From: a virus
Lineage: Duplodnaviria > Caudoviricetes
DNA: 64,000 nucleotides
IMG/VR virus record: IMGVR_UViG_3300031801_001562
Reading direction: 5' to 3' (one strand)
Position 1 is the first letter of the stretch. Each line of letters opens with the position of its first letter. Made by a program: the position numbers and the translations under genes. The notes under the pieces are model-generated. The model was not told the DNA's origin, did not search any database, and saw nothing but the letters and a program-made list of their open reading frames with translations. Positions 58,359 to 64,000 of the stretch are shown one piece after another.

Positions 58359-58425
58359 GTCCTCCTTTTTAAGCAAAGACGTTTAGTAAAAACATTAAGA
58401 ATCCTTACGCAAGCAATTCCTAATG
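58359..58425 (-). promoter_or_regulatory. ROSE-like RNA thermometer in the hsp20 leader
   Basis: GUCUUUGCUU-AAA-AAGGAGGAC hairpin with UUGCU/AGGA and a bulged G over the SD; upstream 14-bp hairpin. Confidence 0.65.
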
Positions 58426-58448
58426 ATATGAAAAGAAAAGGTCAAGAA

Positions 58449-58643
58449 TTAATCTCTCCAACCTTCTCCGGCTATTAAATGCCCAAATCTGTGTTTGAGC
58501 ACTATCCATATTAAATATAATATGGAATTGGCACTATACACTCCGACCTCGTCGAATTCAATAGTACCTTTTTCGGGATCAGTTAAAACTTCTTCGTATA
58601 TTTCTAAGTCGTAACTGTGCCCTAAAACTTTAAATTTACTCAT
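58449..58643 (-). CDS. Hypothetical protein (64 aa)
   Basis: ATGA overlap with the dUTPase stop. Confidence 0.55.
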   Translation of the reverse strand: MSKFKVLGHSYDLEIYEEVLTDPEKGTIEFDEVGVYSANSILYLIWIVLKHRFGHLIAGEGWRD

Positions 58644-59149
58644 TTGCCAGTACTCCCAAAACCACCTGTCCGGCTGGTTTTTTGTTTAGGAGGCGAGCTA
58701 ATTTCTTCGATATCATATTGTTGTAATCTCACAAGTTCGCCCTGTGCAATTCTATCATTGTTATTTATAACAATTGATTGAATGTCTGATAAGTTTATTA
58801 CAGGAATCATTAACGGATCGATATAATCAAAATCGATCACACCTTCACAATTAATAAAACTCATTCCTTGTTTAATCGCCGCACCAGATCTTGGATGTAT
58901 TCTTACTGAATATCCCGCTGGAATATCTAAAATTATCCCTGTAGGAACTAGGGCTCTTTGAAAAGGATGTATTACTATATTTTTATCATGTCTTTCAATA
59001 AATTTTTTCCTATCGTCATTCCAAAATTTACATCCTATTTCAGGAGTATAATAAGCATGTATATCAAAACATGCTGAGCCTCGTGTTGAAAATGTTGGAA
59101 GGGTTACATCGGGATATAATTTATGAGCTTTCAAACTTAGTGTCGTCAT
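58640..59149 (-). CDS. dut: Trimeric dUTPase
   Basis: GSACFDI, PTG, PRSG, GVIDFDY, RIAQ, RTGGFGSTG. Confidence 0.95.
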   Translation of the reverse strand: MTTLSLKAHKLYPDVTLPTFSTRGSACFDIHAYYTPEIGCKFWNDDRKKFIERHDKNIVIHPFQRALVPTGIILDIPAGYSVRIHPRSGAAIKQGMSFINCEGVIDFDYIDPLMIPVINLSDIQSIVINNNDRIAQGELVRLQQYDIEEISSPPKQKTSRTGGFGSTGK

Positions 59150-59549
59150 TCTTTTTATTACCTATATTATATTTCGCAACTAGTTCCCATTCATCTTTTT
59201 TCTTAAAAGATATAATCTTTAATTGATTAATTGGAACTACATCATCTTCATTAATATTATCATTATCAACTTTTTGTACCAGATCCCATTCGGCTAATAA
59301 ATTAACTATTGTATTTCGCCTTGCGGCATCGTTATCCGAAAAATTGGAAGGTTTTCCATCCAACATAAACAATTCTTTAAAATGTACAATGTAATATCTA
59401 GCTTGCTTATGAAGAATATGACAAGATTGATATAAAATCTTATCCTTCTTAGATGCTACACCTATTCTCGTTAATGTTTCTTTTACTTTTAAAAAATCAT
59501 CGGGCTGTTTTAACTTGATTTCAACGAGAGAATCTATCTCTACGCTCAT
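59121..59549 (-). CDS. regA: Translational repressor RegA
   Basis: DDFLKVKETLTRIG, LYQSCHILHKQ..YYIVHFKELF, RRNTI..LL..W. Confidence 0.97.
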   Translation of the reverse strand: MSVEIDSLVEIKLKQPDDFLKVKETLTRIGVASKKDKILYQSCHILHKQARYYIVHFKELFMLDGKPSNFSDNDAARRNTIVNLLAEWDLVQKVDNDNINEDDVVPINQLKIISFKKKDEWELVAKYNIGNKKNDDTKFESS

Positions 59550-59946
59550 TGTTCTCCTTCAAACCACCTGTAAATAATTCTTGCCTAAGAGTATTCAGAT
59601 CCTCATCACTGAAGATATCTACAACCTCTCTTGCTTTTTGAAGGCTGTATCCATAATATTCAACAATTAAATCTATGGCTTCATACTTCTCTGCTTTTAA
59701 CCATCGACCAAATCTATTCTTGGGTCTGATAATATTTAGCAAATAGTGATATTGAAGTTTATTATCCAGATGAGTTCTGGTGTTCATTTCATTGGCTTGA
59801 AGGATAGTATCGAAATTAAAGCTTAAAGATCGATTTACCAGAAACGCTTTATATTGCCCTTCTAATTGATTATCAAAGTCATCACTTAGTATATCTTTTT
59901 TCTTATAATTAATATCATTTACAAAATCGAACGGATTTATTGCCAT
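59521..59946 (-). CDS. gp62: Clamp loader small subunit
   Basis: FLVNRSLS, ANEMN, LQYHYLLN..R...RF..W, EYYGYS. Confidence 0.92.
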   Translation of the reverse strand: MAINPFDFVNDINYKKKDILSDDFDNQLEGQYKAFLVNRSLSFNFDTILQANEMNTRTHLDNKLQYHYLLNIIRPKNRFGRWLKAEKYEAIDLIVEYYGYSLQKAREVVDIFSDEDLNTLRQELFTGGLKENNERRDRFSR

Positions 59947-60875
59947 TGGCCTTCTATCATGATCTCAATTAAACATGCTGTAAGATTTATGTCTTGATCA
60001 GCGGCGAATGCACTCTTATATTGATAATCTGCCAATAAAAGAATTATTGGTGGTAATCCTGCTGGTGTCAAATGGTCATGCAAATTATCATATAACTTTC
60101 TATATACTGTTCTAGCATCTGTATGACTTGTATCAACAACCCATTTACGAACCTTTGTAAAGTTCTTTTCTTTTAATGCATTAATAAGGGCGTTAAAATC
60201 AGAATCAGAAAGTAAACTAAGGATACCGGTATCAATACTTCCGCTGGTGCTATATCGTTGTAATTCATTTAGAGTTCTTCTAAAATCTGGATAATATTTC
60301 ATAATAAGTTCAACAATAACCTTTTCGTTGAACTTTACATTATTTTCATTAAGAATTACTTTAATCCTATCTAATAACTGTTGTGCTATTTTAGGTGATT
60401 CTTTTTTATCTACCTTAAATTCAACTACCGAACATCGAGAATGAATAGGATCGATAATTCTATTAAGATAATTACAAGTAAAAATGAAACTACAGTTATC
60501 TGCAAATCGTTCAATAAATCCTCTCATTGCGGGTTGTGTAGATTGAGGATTTAAATAATCAGCTTCATCTATAATAACAACTTTACGGCCACCAATTAAA
60601 GAAACGCTACTACAATAATTTTCTAACTTAACTCTTAATAAATCAATACCAGATTCTTGAGAACCATTAATAACCAAATAATCAAGACCAATCTCTTTAC
60701 ACATTGCTTTCGCGATTGTGGTTTTACCCATACCTGGACCACCACATAAAAGAAGATTTGGAATATTCCCTGTAGATACATAAGATTCAAATGGCTCTTT
60801 CAAATGATCCGGTAGAATACATTCCGATACTGTTTGAGGTCTATAAGCTTCAACCCATAATATATTTTTTGTCAT
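59937..60875 (-). CDS. gp44: Clamp loader large subunit
   Basis: LWVEAYRP, GPGMGKTT, IIDEAD, SRC, YPDFRR. Confidence 0.96.
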   Translation of the reverse strand: MTKNILWVEAYRPQTVSECILPDHLKEPFESYVSTGNIPNLLLCGGPGMGKTTIAKAMCKEIGLDYLVINGSQESGIDLLRVKLENYCSSVSLIGGRKVVIIDEADYLNPQSTQPAMRGFIERFADNCSFIFTCNYLNRIIDPIHSRCSVVEFKVDKKESPKIAQQLLDRIKVILNENNVKFNEKVIVELIMKYYPDFRRTLNELQRYSTSGSIDTGILSLLSDSDFNALINALKEKNFTKVRKWVVDTSHTDARTVYRKLYDNLHDHLTPAGLPPIILLLADYQYKSAFAADQDINLTACLIEIMIEGQWQ

Positions 60876-60879
60876 AATT

Positions 60880-61566
60880 TCAAGATACCTGTTCGGTTGC
60901 TATCCAATATTCAAGATTCCGTTCTGAATTTTTAAAATATCCAAGACCTTTATTTGATATTTTCACATCATAAGAACCTCTCATGAGTTTAAGATTTTCT
61001 ATCTTAAAAATCATTTTAAAATTAGAAGTTGAATTCCCTAATTCAACTGCATAACTATCGATAGATGTTTTAGCATCAATTGCTTGTATTTTAAGTTTTC
61101 CATCATTTGCTACAACTGCAATTTCTGGAAGACTCATTACTGCAGCTGCTCTCATTATAGACATAAAATATTTTTCTTCTAATTTAAAAACAGCTTCTTC
61201 AGATGGTAAATTTATATCCTTTGCTAAGATCTTTCTCTCATTTTCAAATAAACTCATATTTGCAAATTGATATTCAGCTACGGAATCCCCTGCGACGAAA
61301 TTATTAGCATCAACACTTGATTGTATTTTTATAGATTTTTCACTGAAATCAAATTGAGGCTCTGCAAATAATGAAAGAACTCCTAAAAATTTATTCAAAT
61401 CATATATAGCAAAATCCTGAGGAAAGCTTTGACCAAGCTTAGCCTTTGCTAAAACGTTTGTTTGTTCACTTACTGTTTTAATTACATCGCCGGTCTCAAT
61501 AACCAAACTTTGATTGATTTCTGCAAAGTTTTTTAATGTTTCAACAGTCTCATTATTAATTATCAT
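60880..61566 (-). CDS. gp45: Sliding clamp
   Basis: LKNFAEINQS, FAIYDLNKFL, FKIENLK...G.Y.V, YWIATE. Confidence 0.95.
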   Translation of the reverse strand: MIINNETVETLKNFAEINQSLVIETGDVIKTVSEQTNVLAKAKLGQSFPQDFAIYDLNKFLGVLSLFAEPQFDFSEKSIKIQSSVDANNFVAGDSVAEYQFANMSLFENERKILAKDINLPSEEAVFKLEEKYFMSIMRAAAVMSLPEIAVVANDGKLKIQAIDAKTSIDSYAVELGNSTSNFKMIFKIENLKLMRGSYDVKISNKGLGYFKNSERNLEYWIATEQVS

Positions 61567-61574
61567 TATATTTC

Positions 61575-62573
61575 CTATAGGTGATTAGGGCTCTCAGCAT
61601 GAGAGGAATTGACCTTCTTTTTGGTTTCCTTTCGTTTTTCTTTAGCAAGAGCTCTTCTGTCTTTTCTACTCATTCCTTTTGATGCTAACTTCTTTTTTCG
61701 ATCTTCAAGAAAAGGTCGGGTTTCAGTATCATATCCATGGGCAGCGTATTCTAAAGCTCCCATATCAGGAAGATTTCCATTAAACACATATGTTCCAATA
61801 TGTTGTAATTTCATCCATGGACATAGAAAAGTTTTAATATCTATCTTCTGACACAGTTGACAAAACATATAATCTTCAGAAAGATAACGATCAGACCCTT
61901 CAGATTTTCCTTTGCCCATCCATTGATCATTGTCAATAATGGTATCAAAAAATGCATGAATATATCTGGAACCATCGAAATGGTCTGATCGATTATGATC
62001 GGGTTTATATCGAAATTTAGGATAAGCTTTTTCAAACTTTTCAAATACATTTCTCTGTATCATCATAAACCCTGTTCCTATTTCTAATGCTTCAACTGGC
62101 TCAGATAAAGATATTGTTTGAGTTCCACCAGTTGGATTGAAAACAAAATCTCCTGTAAACTTCTCAAGAAGCATAGGATTATCATCAGCTAAACCTTTAT
62201 CAACAGCATTACGAACTTTTTCCCAAGCAATACACTTCTTGGGATATATTCCTCCAACAATTGGTTTTGTATCATCACATAGAGCAGCTAATGTTAAAAC
62301 ATAATTTGGATCGAAACAAATATCGCTATCAATGAACATGAGATGAGTATAATCTGATCTCAAAAATTCATCAACACAATAATTTCGAGCTCTGGTGATT
62401 AATGATTCGTTAAATAAATAAAAGTATTTAAGATCTATTTGATATTTTGTGGCGGTTGTTGCCAAATCACAACACGCCTTTGTATACATTCCGCTACACA
62501 TGCCAGCATACATTGGAGTTGCAACAAATATTTTTTTCTTTCGTAAATCTGCTATAGGTACTTCAATTTGCAT
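61575..62573 (-). CDS. GT-A (GT2-like) glycosyltransferase
   Basis: IFVATPMY, ESLITRARN, FIDSDI (DxD), GTGFMMI, LSEDY.FC; likely start Met12 after an AAGGA SD. Confidence 0.75.
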   Translation of the reverse strand: MQIEVPIADLRKKKIFVATPMYAGMCSGMYTKACCDLATTATKYQIDLKYFYLFNESLITRARNYCVDEFLRSDYTHLMFIDSDICFDPNYVLTLAALCDDTKPIVGGIYPKKCIAWEKVRNAVDKGLADDNPMLLEKFTGDFVFNPTGGTQTISLSEPVEALEIGTGFMMIQRNVFEKFEKAYPKFRYKPDHNRSDHFDGSRYIHAFFDTIIDNDQWMGKGKSEGSDRYLSEDYMFCQLCQKIDIKTFLCPWMKLQHIGTYVFNGNLPDMGALEYAAHGYDTETRPFLEDRKKKLASKGMSRKDRRALAKEKRKETKKKVNSSHAESPNHL

Positions 62574-62632
62574 TATTTCCTTTTTTTCATCATTAACAAA
62601 AAACAAACAAACATTATCAACTATTTAATATA

Positions 62633-62661
62633 ATTATAGCTGATAATGTTAATAATGTCAA
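62633..62661 (-). promoter_or_regulatory. Consensus sigma70 promoter
   Basis: Perfect TTGACA-17 nt-TATAAT. Confidence 0.85.
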
Positions 62662-62677
62662 GGATTAAATATTTTTT

Positions 62678-63871
62678 TTAATATTTCGCTGACTCTTCAT
62701 CCAGCATTCTATGAGCTTCTTCTGCTTCGGTTTCTGTGCCAGGCTCATCAGGAACTGCATTAGGATCTACTTTAGTCCAGAGATCCATAAATCCTGTTTT
62801 GGTATCTTCATCGAACCGGTTGATCGAAAATTCGATCGCTTTTTCTTTATTCTGGAATATCATATAAGAAGTAACAATGTTTATCAAACGACGAGTGGAA
62901 ATAATTTCATCGATTCCCCCATCAGCAAAGGTCCGGCGGATAACATCTGTCCATTGACAAAGGTGATTAACAAAGTCTGAATCTTCAACACCATGATTTT
63001 TAAGAACTCTAGAAACAATTTTCTTTTCAATGGCGGTGGGAGGATAATCTTGTTCGAATGTAATTGGAAAACGATCAAGGAATGCTTCATTAAGAATGTT
63101 GGCTCCGATAAACCGGCCATCATCATTACCTTTACCTTTTGTATTGGCAGTTGCGACAATGTTGAATCCGGCTTCAGGCTTTACAAGACGATTAATCTTT
63201 TTCAAGAAAATGCTTCCGCCTTCAAGTACAGGTTGGAGACACATAATCTTATTAGATGCAAGATCAATTTCATCAAGAAGAAGCAGTGCGCCTCTTTCCA
63301 TCGCAACGATAACTGGTCCATCTTCCCAAATGGTCTCTCCATCTTTTAAAATATAGTGACCGAGAAGATCATCTTCATCTGTTTCGATTGTAATATTGAC
63401 ACGAATTAATTCGCGTTTTGTGCTAGCCGCAGCTTCAAAAACTTCTTTGGTTTTACCCATTCCGGACAAGCCGGTAATAAAGGAAGGCACAAACATTCCA
63501 GATTTAAATATCTGAACAAGTTCTTTGTAATATCCTGCTCTAATATAATTGGGATCTTTTTCTGGAACGAAAGAGATGCTTTCATCTACTTTCTTGATTG
63601 TGGTATCGTGCTGGACGATCTTCACATCTTTAAGTGCTTTTGGTTTGCGGTATTTATCACCCCATTTTCCCATGCTGGGCAGCGTCATGTTTTTTCCATA
63701 ATTCGCAATTGAAAACTGATTTCGACCTATTCGAAGTTTTCCTAGGAAATTCTGATTCGGCCATGGATTGCCGCTTTCATCTGCTACTTCATTTACCTGG
63801 GAACGATCTAGGATCGTTTGCACACCGTGCTTAGTTTTCCAGGTTTCAACTATTTGTTCTTTATTCATCAT
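62678..63871 (-). CDS. MoxR/CobS-like AAA+ ATPase
   Basis: GLSGMGKT, LLLDEID, TANTKGKG, NEAFLDRF. Confidence 0.9.
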   Translation of the reverse strand: MMNKEQIVETWKTKHGVQTILDRSQVNEVADESGNPWPNQNFLGKLRIGRNQFSIANYGKNMTLPSMGKWGDKYRKPKALKDVKIVQHDTTIKKVDESISFVPEKDPNYIRAGYYKELVQIFKSGMFVPSFITGLSGMGKTKEVFEAAASTKRELIRVNITIETDEDDLLGHYILKDGETIWEDGPVIVAMERGALLLLDEIDLASNKIMCLQPVLEGGSIFLKKINRLVKPEAGFNIVATANTKGKGNDDGRFIGANILNEAFLDRFPITFEQDYPPTAIEKKIVSRVLKNHGVEDSDFVNHLCQWTDVIRRTFADGGIDEIISTRRLINIVTSYMIFQNKEKAIEFSINRFDEDTKTGFMDLWTKVDPNAVPDEPGTETEAEEAHRMLDEESAKY

Positions 63872-63908
63872 ATAACCTCTCTCGCTATTTTTATTTTATT
63901 ATATATAT

Positions 63909-63937
63909 ATTATACACTATTTTTGACAACATGTCAA
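63909..63937 (-). promoter_or_regulatory. Consensus sigma70 promoter
   Basis: Perfect TTGACA-17 nt-TATAAT; the -35 box is half of a TTGACA-N3-TGTCAA inverted repeat. Confidence 0.85.
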
Positions 63938-64000
63938 CCTTTTTGTTTATCAATGATTACAACAAGTTCCTTATAACCTATTGATTTCATTACAAAACAA

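Larger units (their letters stand above)
1..64000 (-). other. Segment of a T4-like (Tevenvirinae/cyanomyovirus-like) phage genome
   Basis: Syntenic gp45-gp44-gp62-regA-hsp20-gp43-uvsX-gp40-gp41 core, gp61 primase, RNase H and T4-type late promoter motifs; near single-strand coding; no integrase or host housekeeping genes seen. Confidence 0.95.

Noticed and set aside
861-63834. Numerous plus-strand and nested ORFs in the six-frame track (e.g. 861..1118, 34144..34590, 62993..63349)
   Set aside because: They are antisense shadows of well-supported minus-strand genes, with no motifs or SD; only 31923..32309 is retained
62678-63871. CobS annotation as a cobalamin-synthesis auxiliary gene fitting the B12 theme
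   Set aside because: It has only generic MoxR AAA+ motifs and is a routine gene of T4-like phages; no other cob genes are present
63923-63951. Divergent plus-strand promoter from the second TTGACA of the inverted repeat
   Set aside because: No acceptable -10 hexamer at 16-18 nt spacing

Overview
A 64 kb, very AT-rich segment of a large T4-like dsDNA myophage genome. Gene content and order resemble marine cyanophage/pelagiphage-type T4 relatives; the host cannot be determined from this window. Every credible gene but one is on the minus strand, densely packed, often with ATGA/TAATG overlaps. (1) 1-24.4 kb: an uninterrupted accessory cluster of tailoring enzymes. It holds 9 radical SAM proteins (5 with an N-terminal twitch/SPASM-type domain, 2 cobalamin-binding), 5 Fe(II)/2OG-type oxygenases, 2 flavin-dependent halogenase homologues and 2 FkbM methyltransferases. 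It also holds a QueC-like PP-loop enzyme, a nitroreductase, an aldo/keto reductase, an MTA/SAH-nucleosidase-like enzyme, a minimal adenylation domain and an NDP-sugar epimerase. No obvious scaffold or substrate gene is present. (2) 24.4-37.3 kb: nucleases, a cell-wall hydrolase, RNase H, a heptose/glycosyltransferase cassette, class II RNR, ThyX and primase. (3) 37.4-50.2 kb: a late module of putative virion and internal-head proteins, several of them enzymes with capsid-targeting-like N-termini. (4) 50.2-63.9 kb: the T4 replication core (gp41, gp40, UvsX, gp43, RegA, gp62/44/45) plus Hsp20 (with a ROSE-like leader), dUTPase, an M15 peptidase and a MoxR-type ATPase. No tRNA, rRNA, CRISPR array, intron or intein was recognised. 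All calls are by motif recognition and manual reading; no database search was run.
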